NCBI GenBank assembly: GCA_963703225.1
Contig: OY969801.1
Location: 2,080,001 to 2,144,000, forward strand
From: Candidatus Eiseniibacteriota bacterium
GTDB taxonomy: Bacteria; Eisenbacteria; RBG-16-71-46; SZUA-252
Direction of reading: 5' to 3'
DNA length: 64,000 nt
The notes beneath the pieces are model-generated. The model did not search any database. It saw only the letters and a list, made by a program, of their open reading frames with translations, and was not told the origin of the DNA. Positions within the stretch are counted from its first letter, which is position 1. Each line of letters opens with the position of its first letter. Made by a program: the position numbers and the translations under genes. Below, in pieces: positions 1 through 10,834 of the stretch.

Positions 1-177
1 CGTCTGGGTCAGCTCCTCCGCCGGCCCCTCGAAGCACAGCGCCGAGAGCGCGAAGCCGAGGACCGAGTCTCCTTCCTGGAACACCGCCCGAGCCTCCGGA
101 TAGCGCTCGCTGAGCGCCCGCCCCATGCCCACGCTCTGGGAGCCCTGCCCCGGAAAAAGACAGGCGGCGCCTACCAC
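1..177 (-). CDS. fabD: Malonyl-CoA:ACP transacylase, N-terminal part (runs off the window)
   Basis: Manual translation from GTG at 177 gives MVGAACLFPGQGSQSVGMG...LCFEGPAEELTQT. FPGQGSQ is the FabD N-terminal motif; the gene follows fabH. Confidence 0.93.
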   Translation of the reverse strand, partial: MVGAACLFPGQGSQSVGMGRALSERYPEARAVFQEGDSVLGFALSALCFEGPAEELTQT

Positions 178-1163
178 TGGACCACCGCCGCGGCCCATGT
201 GAAGCCGCCCCCGAACGTGACCATCTCGACCAGGTCGCCGGGATTGATGCGACCTCCCCTTCGCGCTTCGTCCAGCGCCAGGGGTATGGAGGCCGAGGAG
301 GTGTTGCCGTAGCGGTCCAGATTCACGAACACCTTTTCCATGGGCAGCCCGAGCCGTCGCGCCGTCGCGTCGATGATGCGGTAGTTCGCCTGGTGCGGGA
401 TCAAGAGCGACAGATCCTCCGGCTTTCGCCCGGCCGCTTCGAGCGCCTCCAGCGCGACCGACTCCATGGCGCGGACCGCGTGCTTGAAGACGTCGTTTCC
501 GCTCATGTGGATCGTGTGGAGCCTCTTGTCCACCGTTTCGTGGCTCGGCGGCTGGAGCGATCCGCCGGCGGGCATCTCCAAAAGATGGACCAGGGAGCCG
601 TCGCTGTGGAGCCGCGTCGACAGAATTCCGCCCGGCTTGTCGGACGCGCGGAGGATCACCGCGCCGGCCGCGTCTCCAAAGAGCACGCAGGTGTTTCGGT
701 CGGTCCAGTTCACGATCTTGGAAAGGCTCTCGACACCGATGACGAGGACGGTCTCCGCGGCCCCCGACCGGATCGCGCTCCGGCCCACCGAGAGCCCGTA
801 GAGGAACCCGGCGCACGCCGCCGAGACGTCGAATGCGTGCGCCTTCTTCGCCCCGATACGGTCTTGGACGAGGCAGGCCGTCGACGGAAACGTTCGGTCC
901 CCGGTCACGGTACCGATGATGACCTGGTCGAGGTCGGCTCCGCGGATGCCGGCCGACTCCAGGGCGCGCGTGGCCGCCTCGGTGGCCAGGGCCGAAGAGG
1001 GGGTCTTGGGGTCGGAAATCCGCCGCTCCTTGATCCCGGTCCGCGACGTGATCCACTCGTCCGAGGTGTCGACGATCTTCTCGAGGTCCTGATTGGTGAG
1101 CACCCGCTCGGGCGTGAAGGAGCCGGTGCCCACGATGTGAACGGACCGGGCGGGGGCGATCAC
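171..1163 (-). CDS. fabH: 3-oxoacyl-ACP synthase III
   Basis: C-terminal half of ORF 171..2192 has DTSDEWITSRTGI, AACAGF, HQAN and GNTSSAS. GTG start at 1163 overlaps the plsX TGA (GTGA). Confidence 0.96.
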   Translation of the reverse strand: MIAPARSVHIVGTGSFTPERVLTNQDLEKIVDTSDEWITSRTGIKERRISDPKTPSSALATEAATRALESAGIRGADLDQVIIGTVTGDRTFPSTACLVQDRIGAKKAHAFDVSAACAGFLYGLSVGRSAIRSGAAETVLVIGVESLSKIVNWTDRNTCVLFGDAAGAVILRASDKPGGILSTRLHSDGSLVHLLEMPAGGSLQPPSHETVDKRLHTIHMSGNDVFKHAVRAMESVALEALEAAGRKPEDLSLLIPHQANYRIIDATARRLGLPMEKVFVNLDRYGNTSSASIPLALDEARRGGRINPGDLVEMVTFGGGFTWAAAVVQW

Positions 1164-2192
1164 GCGGCCTCCGGCGCCAGACGTTGGAGCTCGTTTCGGA
1201 TCGAGTCGGGAACGTTGGCCTCGGCGCACCGCGCCGCCGCGCGGATCGCGTTCTTGATCGCGCGGGCGTTCGATCGGCCGTGGGCGATGATGCAATTGCC
1301 GTCGACGCCCAGAAGCGGCGCCCCGCCCACCTCGGCGTAGTCGAGGCGGTTCCTGAGGCGCCGGAACGCCGGCTTCAAGAGGAGACCGGCCATCATGCTG
1401 AGAGGGTGGCGGGCGATTTCGTCTTTGATCATGCTCGAGATGCTTGGGATCACGCTCTCCGCGAATTTGAGCAGCACGTTTCCGACGAAGCCATCGCAGA
1501 CGACGACGTCGGCTGTGCCGAGGATGATGTCCCGGCCCTCCACGTTGCCGACGAAGTGGACCGGGCTGCGCTTGAGGAGCTGGTGCGCCTCGTAGTAGAG
1601 CTCGCTCCCCTTCTCCGCCTCCTCGCCGATGTTCAAGAGGCCGACGCGCGGGCGTTCGACGTGCAACACGAGCCGCGCGTAGATGCTCCCCATGAGCGCG
1701 AATTGGTAGAGGTGGTAGGGCTTGCAGTCGGAGGTGGCCCCCACGTCCAGGACCACCACGTTGCCCTGGGGGGTCGGGAGAACGGTCGCGATCGCGGGAC
1801 GCTGGATCGACTCGATGCGGCCCGAGCTCGAAGAGCGCCGCCGCCACGACCGCCCCGGTGTTCCCCGCCGAGACGAGCGCGTCGGTCTGGTGCTCCTTCT
1901 GGAGGCGGGCGGAGACGCTGATCGAAGAATCGCGCTTCCTGCGGACGGAAGACGCCGCCGACTCGGCCATCTCCACGCGCTCCGCGGCGTGAATGATGCG
2001 CGGCAGTCGATCGCGCACGCCGAGCCGAGTCGCCTCTCGGACGATCACATCCTCGTCTCCCACGAGGGCGACATCGAACGTGGATTCGGCCTCTCGAAGC
2101 GCTTCGAGCGCGCCCTCGATCACGACGCGGGGAGCGTGGTCGCCCCCCATCGCGTCCACCCCGATGACCGGTCCTGTTTCTCGACGGTCCAT
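1160..2192 (-). CDS. plsX: Phosphate acyltransferase PlsX, split by a +1 frameshift near 1821-1823
   Basis: N-half has DAMGGDHAP and SAGNTGA (ORF 171..2192); C-half has LDVGA, LLNIGEE, GNVEGRD and HGRS (ORF 1160..1759). Removing one G from GGG restores ELGRIESIQRPAIA. Confidence 0.92.
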
Positions 2193-2211
2193 CGTCAGTT
2201 TCGAGGCCGCC

Positions 2212-2403
2212 CTAGGATGTCTTGGCTGTCTCCTGGGCGATGATCTCCTCGCCCGCGTAATAGCCGCAGTGGGAGCAGACGCGGTGCGGGAGCTTGGGCT
2301 GGCTGCAGTGGGAGCAGAGCGACCTGGAGGGAAGTCCCAGCTTCCAGTTCGTGCGGCGCTTCTTGCCCCGGGTGCTCGAATGCCTTCTCTTGGGAACGGC
2401 CAT
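2212..2403 (-). CDS. rpmF: 50S ribosomal protein L32 (Zn-ribbon form)
   Basis: MAVPKRRHS..., CSHC-x9-CSHCGYY; yceD-rpmF-plsX synteny. Confidence 0.97.
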   Translation of the reverse strand: MAVPKRRHSSTRGKKRRTNWKLGLPSRSLCSHCSQPKLPHRVCSHCGYYAGEEIIAQETAKTS

Positions 2404-2466
2404 TTGTAGTTACCCTCGTTGGAACACGGAAGTGGGGCCCGAGCGGGAGATCCCGATTGCTTCGAA

Positions 2467-2949
2467 TCACCCCGCGGCCGCGCGCCCGCAGCGGCAGGGC
2501 CCTTGGTTGCGATCCTCGCCGCATCGGGGGCACAGCCCCGCGCAAGACTCCTTGCAGAGCGGCTTCATGGGGAGGCCCAGAATCACGGCCTCGCGGATTT
2601 CCTGGTCGATGGAGAGGATCCGGCCATCGTGGAAGTGCACCCCCCCATCCTCCTCGTCCGCGGCCCTCGAACTCACCACGTTGGGATTCTGCACTTTAGC
2701 ACAGAAGACCTCGAAGTCCAAATCGAGAGTCTCGGGGTAGTCGACCAGGCAGCGGCTACATTGTTGCGATGAAATGAGATGGAGCTTGCCCCGGATCCAG
2801 ATCTCGTCTCCCCGCCGGTCGAGCGCCAGGCCCAGGAGAAGGGGGCCCGTAACGGCGACCTCCTCCGGGGTAAGCCCCACCGACGGAGCCGTGAGCTCGA
2901 ACTGGAGACGGCTCTGGCCCTCGGCCAGATCGCGCAAATCGATTTGCAT
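2467..2949 (-). CDS. yceD: YceD/DUF177 family protein
   Basis: CSRCL, PMKPLCKESCAGLCPRCG; directly upstream of rpmF; start taken at ATG 2949. Confidence 0.9.
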   Translation of the reverse strand: MQIDLRDLAEGQSRLQFELTAPSVGLTPEEVAVTGPLLLGLALDRRGDEIWIRGKLHLISSQQCSRCLVDYPETLDLDFEVFCAKVQNPNVVSSRAADEEDGGVHFHDGRILSIDQEIREAVILGLPMKPLCKESCAGLCPRCGEDRNQGPCRCGRAAAG

Positions 2950-2962
2950 GTGCGAATGGGGT

Positions 2963-3379
2963 TTAGCGCCCCGACCCTTCCTCGCCGAAAAAGAATGGAA
3001 TCTCGATGCGGGCCGACTCCGGAGAGTCGGAGGCATGGACCGCGTTGTTCTGCTTAGATTCCGCGTGACGCGCGCGGATCGTATCGGGTTTTGCCTCCTT
3101 GGGATCGGTCGCCCCGATCAGCTCGCGAAGCCCGAGGATCGCGTCTTGCCGTCTGAGGCGGCATGGAACCACCGGGCCAGAGGACATGAAGCGAACGAGA
3201 TCCTCCAGGAAAGGCTTCCCTTCGTGGACGGCGTAGAACCGCCGGGCCGCCGGCGGGTCGAGGCGAACCATCTTCATCGCCACGATTTCGAACCCCGCCT
3301 TTTCAATCATGGCGAGTATCGCCCCGATCTTCCCCGCCCGAACCGCGTCGGGCTTGATCATGAACAGCGTCTCCTCCAC
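2963..3379 (-). CDS. ndk: Nucleoside diphosphate kinase
   Basis: TLFMIKPDA, FMSSGP, GATDP, NAVHASDS (catalytic His). Confidence 0.97.
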   Translation of the reverse strand: MEETLFMIKPDAVRAGKIGAILAMIEKAGFEIVAMKMVRLDPPAARRFYAVHEGKPFLEDLVRFMSSGPVVPCRLRRQDAILGLRELIGATDPKEAKPDTIRARHAESKQNNAVHASDSPESARIEIPFFFGEEGSGR

Positions 3380-3424
3380 CCACTCCTCCTCTTTCGCATT
3401 ACTGGATGAGGTTCTCCCCGCGCC

Positions 3425-3991
3425 CTAGGCGTGGAGCCGGCTCCTGCCCATTTCCATTCCCGCGTCGAGCGCCGCCAGCGCCGCCGGCCTCCCGCGCTCC
3501 GGAAGCAGCCGTTCCGCGGCTTCGTAGAGCGCCCGACGGCTCACAGCACCGGTGAACGCGGTCACGACCGCGGCCGCGACCAGATCGACAACCAAGTTGG
3601 TCCCCGCCGCATCGATCGCCGTCCTGACGAGCGGCAGGACGATCGCAAAGGGCGGCGCCTCGTCTTGAATGAGCTCTTCGACCAGAAGCTGACCCTCGGG
3701 TGCGAGGTCGGGCGCGAAGCGGTCGAGCGCCGACCTCGAGGAGACAAGCAGGCATTCCGGCGAATCGACCAGAGGGTACTCCTCCTGCTCGTTCGCGATC
3801 CGGATGGCCCCGCCGCTCCAGGGCCCGCGGGCCGCGGGACCCAGGGTCGGCGCGTGCGACACAAAGCGTCGGTCAATCAGCGCGGCCTCCGCGAGCAAGT
3901 ACCCTGCGAAGAGGAGCCCGTGCGCGGGGTCTCCGGCAAGGCGTATGGAGTGCCCCCTCCGTGGAAGCATCCCGACCGCTTCGCGGGTCAT
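3425..3991 (-). CDS. Divergent 2-oxoacid:acceptor oxidoreductase gamma subunit
   Basis: IRLAGDPAHGLLFAGYLLAEAA, LGPAARG and NLVVDL echo KorC/PorG (GGQG, YGPEARGG, N-x-x-x-LG) but are degenerate. ATG 3991 overlaps the beta stop. Confidence 0.72.
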   Translation of the reverse strand: MTREAVGMLPRRGHSIRLAGDPAHGLLFAGYLLAEAALIDRRFVSHAPTLGPAARGPWSGGAIRIANEQEEYPLVDSPECLLVSSRSALDRFAPDLAPEGQLLVEELIQDEAPPFAIVLPLVRTAIDAAGTNLVVDLVAAAVVTAFTGAVSRRALYEAAERLLPERGRPAALAALDAGMEMGRSRLHA

Positions 3992-4719
3992 CGCGCCCGA
4001 TCCCCCAAGGGCCAGAGTCTCCCGACGCGAAACCGCTCCGGGCCCGCGTCGACCGGGCCCCCCCCATCCGGCGCCCGGGCCGCGCGGCGCTCCATCGCTT
4101 CGCGCATGGCTTCCGGCGTCGCGTGGCCGTTCCACCGGCCGTATGCCGGATAGCAGGGGGCGCGCACTTCCAAGAGCGCGAACGGCGGGGCCAGGACGAA
4201 CTCGTCGAGGAGCGAGGAGAGCGCTCGGCCCCCGGTGAGTGTCTCCCGGCCGACCCACGAAGCGCCGGCCGTCCGCGCCACTTCGGCCAGGTCGAGCGCC
4301 TTCGGCGTCGAGCCCGTCGTGAGGAGCGCCGTCCGCGCGCCTTGGGGCGTCGTGGGCGACGGAAATCCTCCGGTCCCGCCGAGCACCTCGTTGTTCACGA
4401 CGAGGACGCGGACGCGATCGCCGCGACGCGCGGCGTGGAGGAGATGGTTGCCTCCCACCCCGGCGGCCTCCCCATCTCCCAGCAGCACGAAAACCTCCCG
4501 GTCGGGTCTCGCGGCGGCGATGCCGAGCGCGAACGGGAGCGACCGTCCCATCGGAACACGATGGCGCGCTCCCTCGACCCATCCGGCCACGTAGGCGGCG
4601 CATCCCCCTCCTGTCACCACCGTACGGCGCTCCGGCAAGACTCCGGCCCGCGAGAGCGCGGCGGCCACCTCGCGGCCGAGCACGTCGAGCGCGCAGGAGG
4701 GATCGCAGAGGGAGATCAC
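3988..4719 (-). CDS. Divergent TPP-dependent 2-oxoacid:ferredoxin oxidoreductase beta subunit
   Basis: CDPSC, GGGC, GDGEAAGVGGNH, VVNNEVLGGTGG-x2-SPTTP, PCYP. GTG 4719 overlaps the alpha stop. Confidence 0.82.
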   Translation of the reverse strand: MISLCDPSCALDVLGREVAAALSRAGVLPERRTVVTGGGCAAYVAGWVEGARHRVPMGRSLPFALGIAAARPDREVFVLLGDGEAAGVGGNHLLHAARRGDRVRVLVVNNEVLGGTGGFPSPTTPQGARTALLTTGSTPKALDLAEVARTAGASWVGRETLTGGRALSSLLDEFVLAPPFALLEVRAPCYPAYGRWNGHATPEAMREAMERRAARAPDGGGPVDAGPERFRVGRLWPLGDRAR

Positions 4720-5633
4720 GCGGCTTTCCTCAGGGAGTCCAGAATTCGCGAGGGAACGATCATCCCTTCGTGGCGCTCCGCGATCGTGGAAATGTCCAGG
4801 GGCCGGCCGGTCCTCCGGGACCGAGCCGAAATGGTGTCGGCCAGCTGCCCCTCGTTCAGCTCGGCCACCAAGAGCGTGCGCGCGCGGGCCAAGACCGGCG
4901 CGAGCTCTTCGTGTGGAAAGGGCCAAAGACGCACCGGCCGGAAGAGCCCCGCGCGAATTCCCTCCTCGCGGGCCAGGCGCACCGCGGTGCGCGCCGCGCG
5001 GGCCACAATGCCGAAGGCGATGACGAGGATCGTCGCGTCGCGCGTGCGGTAGAGCTCAGCCGATGGCACCGGGCCGGCGTCGTCGTGCTCGGTCTCCCGC
5101 CCGACCGGCTCCCGCAGATGAGCGATGACGTCGTCGACGTAGACCAGGACCGGCGTCGTGCGCTTGAGGGCGAGTGCCGCCGCGGCGCGCGTCAACAGGA
5201 AGCACTCCTCTGAGGTCGCGGGGGCCCAAACGGGGGCCCAATCTCCCCCGTGAGGCGCGATTCGAAGCCGGGACGCTTCCTCCTGACTGGCGCACTCGAC
5301 GCGGCGCGGGGAGTCGGAGCGCCCGCCCACCAAGAGGAAGAGCGCGGGGAGCTTCGACTCGATGCCGTAACGGATCTGGTCCTCGGCGGCCGTCAGGGCC
5401 GTGGCCGTCATCGCCGCCACGCCGAGCCTGCCGGCGGCCCCAGCCCCGAGCACAGCGCCCACGGCGGCCGGAGCATCCTCGGCCAGCAGGGTCACACCTC
5501 CGTGCGTCGGGAGCTGGGCGAAGAGCGCGGCGTCGATTTCCGAGCTCGGGGCGAGCGGGTACCCCGCGAAGAGGGTCGCACCGCCCGCGATGGCGCCGGC
5601 GGCCATGGCTTCATTTCCAAGGAGGAGTTTCAC
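4716..5633 (-). CDS. Divergent, shortened 2-oxoacid:ferredoxin oxidoreductase alpha subunit
   Basis: GNEAMA, AGYPLAPSSEI, C-terminal GLFRPVRLWPFP...VAELNEGQL; only 305 aa. Confidence 0.82.
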   Translation of the reverse strand: MKLLLGNEAMAAGAIAGGATLFAGYPLAPSSEIDAALFAQLPTHGGVTLLAEDAPAAVGAVLGAGAAGRLGVAAMTATALTAAEDQIRYGIESKLPALFLLVGGRSDSPRRVECASQEEASRLRIAPHGGDWAPVWAPATSEECFLLTRAAAALALKRTTPVLVYVDDVIAHLREPVGRETEHDDAGPVPSAELYRTRDATILVIAFGIVARAARTAVRLAREEGIRAGLFRPVRLWPFPHEELAPVLARARTLLVAELNEGQLADTISARSRRTGRPLDISTIAERHEGMIVPSRILDSLRKAA

Positions 5634-5694
5634 GGGCCTTTCGCCTTAAGGCGCCGGTTCGCGCGGTGGCGCGCGGCTCCCGGCCGGGGTCTCT

Positions 5695-6696
5695 CTACCG
5701 CCGCTTCCGTTTCGAAGCGGACGCGGCTTTCTTCGGGGTCGACTTCGTTTTCCGCGCGCGACTCTTGGCGGCGGGGACGGCTCTCCGCCGCGCGCCGCCG
5801 ACAATCTTGAGCCGCCCGGCGCCTCGCTCCTTGAGCGCGGCCTCAATGAGGCTCGGGATCTCCGAGGGGACCTTGGCCACGGGGACGCCCGCGCGCTCGA
5901 ACCGGGCCATCTTTTCCTGGGCTGTCCCCGAGCCTCCGGAGACGATCGCGCCGGCGTGCCCCATCCGCTTCCCGGGCGGCGCCGTCTGGCCGGCGATGAA
6001 GGCGACGACGGGCTTCGTGACATGCGCTTCGATGAGCGCCGCCGCATCCTCCTCATCGCTCCCGCCGATCTCGCCGATCAGGACGATCGCGTCGGTCTTA
6101 TCGTCAGCCTCGAACAACGCGAGCGTGTCGACGAAGCGTGTGCCGACGATCGGATCGCCGCCGATCCCGATGCAGGTCGACTGCCCCAGCTTGGCCCGCG
6201 TCAGCTGCCAGACCACTTCGTAGGTGAGCGTTCCGCTGCGGCTCACGAGACCGATCCGCCCAGGCGAATGAATGAACCCCGGCATGATGCCCACCTTGCA
6301 CTGTCCGGGCGTGATGAGCCCCGGGCAGTTGGGACCAATCAGCCGTGTGGAGCGGCCGCGGAGGTACCCGGCCACATCGACCATGTCGCGGACCGGCAAT
6401 CCTTCCGTGATGCAGACCACGAGCGCGATCTCCGCGTCCACCGCCTCGTAGATCGCGTCCTGGGCGAGCGCCGCCGGCACGTAGATCACCGAGACATTGG
6501 CCCGGGTGCGCGCCGCCGCCTCCTCGACGGAGTCGAAGACGGGAATGCCGTCGACGTTCGTGCCGCCTTTACCCGGGGTCACGCCGGCGACCACGCGCGT
6601 CCCGTACTCCTTCATCTGGCGGGCGTGAAACGATCCGTCTCGTCCGGTGATTCCCTGGACGAGGACCCGCGAGTCCCGGCCGACGAGAATGCTCAC
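5695..6696 (-). CDS. sucD: Succinyl-CoA synthetase alpha subunit with Lys/Arg-rich tail
   Basis: [38 protein letters not shown]. Confidence 0.97.
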   Translation of the reverse strand: MSILVGRDSRVLVQGITGRDGSFHARQMKEYGTRVVAGVTPGKGGTNVDGIPVFDSVEEAAARTRANVSVIYVPAALAQDAIYEAVDAEIALVVCITEGLPVRDMVDVAGYLRGRSTRLIGPNCPGLITPGQCKVGIMPGFIHSPGRIGLVSRSGTLTYEVVWQLTRAKLGQSTCIGIGGDPIVGTRFVDTLALFEADDKTDAIVLIGEIGGSDEEDAAALIEAHVTKPVVAFIAGQTAPPGKRMGHAGAIVSGGSGTAQEKMARFERAGVPVAKVPSEIPSLIEAALKERGAGRLKIVGGARRRAVPAAKSRARKTKSTPKKAASASKRKRR

Positions 6697-7829
6697 GCCG
6701 CCTCCGCCGCGCGGGCGATGACGGCCCGAACCGCCGCGTCCATGTCGCTGAGCGCCGTCATGCCCCGGGCATGGAGCAGCTCGCGCGCCTCCTTTTCGTT
6801 CGTTCCCGTGAGCCGGATCACGATCGGGATCTTGATCCCCGTCCGATCGAGCGCCGTGATGAGGCCCCTCGCCACGTCATCGCACCGCGTGATGCCGCCG
6901 AAGATATTGAAGAGGACGGCGCGCACCCGGGCGTCCCGGGTCAGGATACCCATCGCCGCCGTCACCTTGTCGGGATTGGAGGAGCCGCCGATGTCGAGAA
7001 AATTGGCCGGTTTCCCGCCGTGATACTGGATCAGGTCCATGGTCGCCATGGCAAGTCCCGCTCCGTTCACGACGCAGCCGATCGTGCCGTCGAGCCGCAC
7101 GTAGGAGAGACCGCGCTCGCGCGCCTCCACCTCGCCCGGATCCTCATCTTCCAAGTCGCGGAGCGCAGCGAGATCGGGATGACGGTCGAGGGCGTTGTCG
7201 TCGATCACGACCTTCGCGTCCAGCGCCCACACCTCGTGCGCTTGGGTCACCACGAGCGGATTGATCTCGGCGAGCGACGCGTCCTGCTCGCGGTATACCT
7301 TCGCCAGGCGGGTGAGGACCGGGACCAACGCCTTCGCGATCTCCCAGCGTGAGTCGAGGAAACGCGCGGCGGCGCGGGCGCGGTAGGCGGGGAGGCCGCG
7401 CCCATCGAGGTGAAGCCGCAATATCTTTTCCGGGGTCGCGCGGGCGACATCCTCGATGTCGACCCCGCCCGCGGGGCTCACCATGAGGAGCGGCGTTTCG
7501 TACTTTCGGTCGAGCACGATGCCGGCGTAGTACTCCCGCTCAATCTCCGCGCTCGGCGTGATCAAGACTCGGCGCACCTTGTGGCCGCGGATCTCCATGG
7601 CAAGGATCCGCCCCGCTTCGCGGGCCAGCTCCTCCGCGGACCGCACCACCTTCACGCCGCCGGCCTTTCCCCGGCCGCCGATCAACACCTGCGCCTTGAC
7701 CACGGCCGGGTAGCCGAGCCGGGCCGCGATGGCGGACGCCTCCTCGACGCTGACCGCTACTTCTCCGGGCGGAACGGGAATGCCCGCCGAACGTAGGAGC
7801 TCTTTGCCCTGATATTCGTGGAGGTTCAT
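6693..7829 (-). CDS. sucC: Succinyl-CoA synthetase beta subunit
   Basis: [44 protein letters not shown]. Confidence 0.97.
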   Translation of the reverse strand: MNLHEYQGKELLRSAGIPVPPGEVAVSVEEASAIAARLGYPAVVKAQVLIGGRGKAGGVKVVRSAEELAREAGRILAMEIRGHKVRRVLITPSAEIEREYYAGIVLDRKYETPLLMVSPAGGVDIEDVARATPEKILRLHLDGRGLPAYRARAAARFLDSRWEIAKALVPVLTRLAKVYREQDASLAEINPLVVTQAHEVWALDAKVVIDDNALDRHPDLAALRDLEDEDPGEVEARERGLSYVRLDGTIGCVVNGAGLAMATMDLIQYHGGKPANFLDIGGSSNPDKVTAAMGILTRDARVRAVLFNIFGGITRCDDVARGLITALDRTGIKIPIVIRLTGTNEKEARELLHARGMTALSDMDAAVRAVIARAAEAA

Positions 7830-9295
7830 CGCTTGGTGCCGCGGCGACGGGCCGCCGGGTTCAGGCGTTCCGCCCTCCGGGGAAGGCGGGGGCCCGCCGC
7901 CTTGCGGGCCGCCTTGCGGATCCCCGATCGCTTCGCGCTCGCGCGCTTCGGCGCGCCCCGCTTCTTCCCGAGCCGGGCGAACAGTTCGCCGATCACGTCC
8001 TCCAGCTTCGGACGCCCGATCTCCTCCAGCTCGTAGCCGACCCGGACGGTGGGGATCCGGATTTTCATCAACCGGCGGAGATCGATCGGCGTCGCGATGA
8101 CCACGACGTCACATTCGCACGCGTTGATGGTCCGTTCCATGTCGCGAATCTGCTCCTTGGAGTAGCCCATGGCCGGGAGCAGCGCGCCGATCTCGGGGTA
8201 TTGGCGGAAGGTGTCCTGTATCTCGCCGACCAGCCAGGGACGGGGATCGACGATTTCGCGCGCGCCGCACCGCTTGGCGGCGATCACGCCGGCGCCGTAG
8301 CGCATCTCGCCGTGGGTGAGCGTCGGTCCGTCCTCGATCACCAGCGCCCGCCGCCCGCGGATCAGCTCGGGCTTGTCGACCGAAATGGGGGAGGCCGCGT
8401 CGATCACGGTGGCGTCGGGGTTCACCGCGAAGACCGAGGCGCGGACCGTCTCGATGTTCGCGTAGTCGGTGGTCGTCTCCTTGTTGATGACCACGACGTG
8501 GGCCAACCGGAGGTTGGTCTCGCCCGGGTGGTAGGTGCGCTCGTGCCCCGGTCGGTGCGGGTCCGCCACCACAATGTGGAGATCGGGCCGGTAGAACGAG
8601 AAGTCGTTGTTCCCGCCGTCCCAGACGATCACCTCGGCCTCTTTCTCGGCGGACGCGAGGATCTCGGCGTAGTCGACGCCGGCGTAGACGATGGTGCCGC
8701 GATCCAGGTGCGGCTCGTACTCCTCGCGCTCCTCGATGGTGCAATGGTGCCGCTCCAAATCCGCATAGCTGGCGAAGCGCTGCACGCCCTGGCGGGAGAG
8801 CTCGCCGTAGGGCATGGGGTGGCGAATCACGACCACGCGCTTCCCCATCCGTTTGAGCACTTCGCAGACTTTGCGCGTCGTTTGGCTCTTGCCCGAGCCT
8901 GTCCGGACGGCGGTGATCGCGACGACCGGCACCTTGCTCTTCAACTGGGTGGACTTCGGGCCCATGAGCATGAAATCGCAGCCCAAGCTCGCGATCCAGG
9001 AGGCCTTGTGCATCACGTACTCGTGGGAGACGTCGCTGTAGGCGAAGACCACCAGGTCGACGTCGCGCTCGCGCACGATCCGGGGCAGCTCCTGCTCGCT
9101 ATAGATGGGCACCCCCTTGGGATAGCGCGCCCCGGCGAGGGAGCGGGGGTATCGCCGGTCGTCGATCCCGGGAATTTGGGTCGAGGCCGTGAAAGCCAAC
9201 ACTTCGTAGCCTGGGTTGTACTTAAAGAAGACGTTGAAGTTATGGAAGTCGCGCCCACCGGCGCCCATAATCACGACCCGTCTTGCGCGTCTCAC
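7826..9295 (-). CDS. COG2403 P-loop enzyme (arginine synthetase ArcE / cyclic 2,3-diphosphoglycerate synthetase-like) with basic tail
   Basis: IMGAGGRDFHNFN, P-loop RTGSGKS, RHPMPYG, IEEREEYE, WDGGNND, EDGPTLTHG, PAMGY. Confidence 0.78.
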   Translation of the reverse strand: MRRARRVVIMGAGGRDFHNFNVFFKYNPGYEVLAFTASTQIPGIDDRRYPRSLAGARYPKGVPIYSEQELPRIVRERDVDLVVFAYSDVSHEYVMHKASWIASLGCDFMLMGPKSTQLKSKVPVVAITAVRTGSGKSQTTRKVCEVLKRMGKRVVVIRHPMPYGELSRQGVQRFASYADLERHHCTIEEREEYEPHLDRGTIVYAGVDYAEILASAEKEAEVIVWDGGNNDFSFYRPDLHIVVADPHRPGHERTYHPGETNLRLAHVVVINKETTTDYANIETVRASVFAVNPDATVIDAASPISVDKPELIRGRRALVIEDGPTLTHGEMRYGAGVIAAKRCGAREIVDPRPWLVGEIQDTFRQYPEIGALLPAMGYSKEQIRDMERTINACECDVVVIATPIDLRRLMKIRIPTVRVGYELEEIGRPKLEDVIGELFARLGKKRGAPKRASAKRSGIRKAARKAAGPRLPRRAERLNPAARRRGTKR

Positions 9296-9434
9296 TCGAG
9301 GCGAACCTCCTTCAGGGGTGTGGAGCGGGTTGGCGGCCCCCGGATCGTTGCGGGGCGAGCTTCGAGCCGCTCGCCGCGCTCAGGTGACCCACCACGGATT
9401 TGAGAGATGGCGGACTACATCGGTAGTGCACAAC

Positions 9435-9464
9435 ACTTTAGCGGCCGGATCGGCCCGCCGTCAA
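9435..9464 (-). promoter_or_regulatory. Sigma70-type promoter for the COG2403-sucCD operon
   Basis: TTGACG-N18-TAAAGT on the minus strand, about 140 bp upstream of the start at 9295. Confidence 0.6.
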
Positions 9465-9513
9465 GGGCTGGAACATGGGCCTTCCGGCGCCGTTTCACCC
9501 TCCTCCCACCCGC

Positions 9514-10827
<1,314 letters not shown>

Positions 10828-10834
10828 CCGCGCG

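Noticed and set aside
171..2192. Apparent PlsX-FabH fusion (673 aa)
   Set aside because: The middle third is off-frame plsX after a +1 indel; fabH has its own GTG start.
9414..9427. NrdR box
   Set aside because: Half-site spacing is longer than the NrdR consensus and no nrd genes are nearby.
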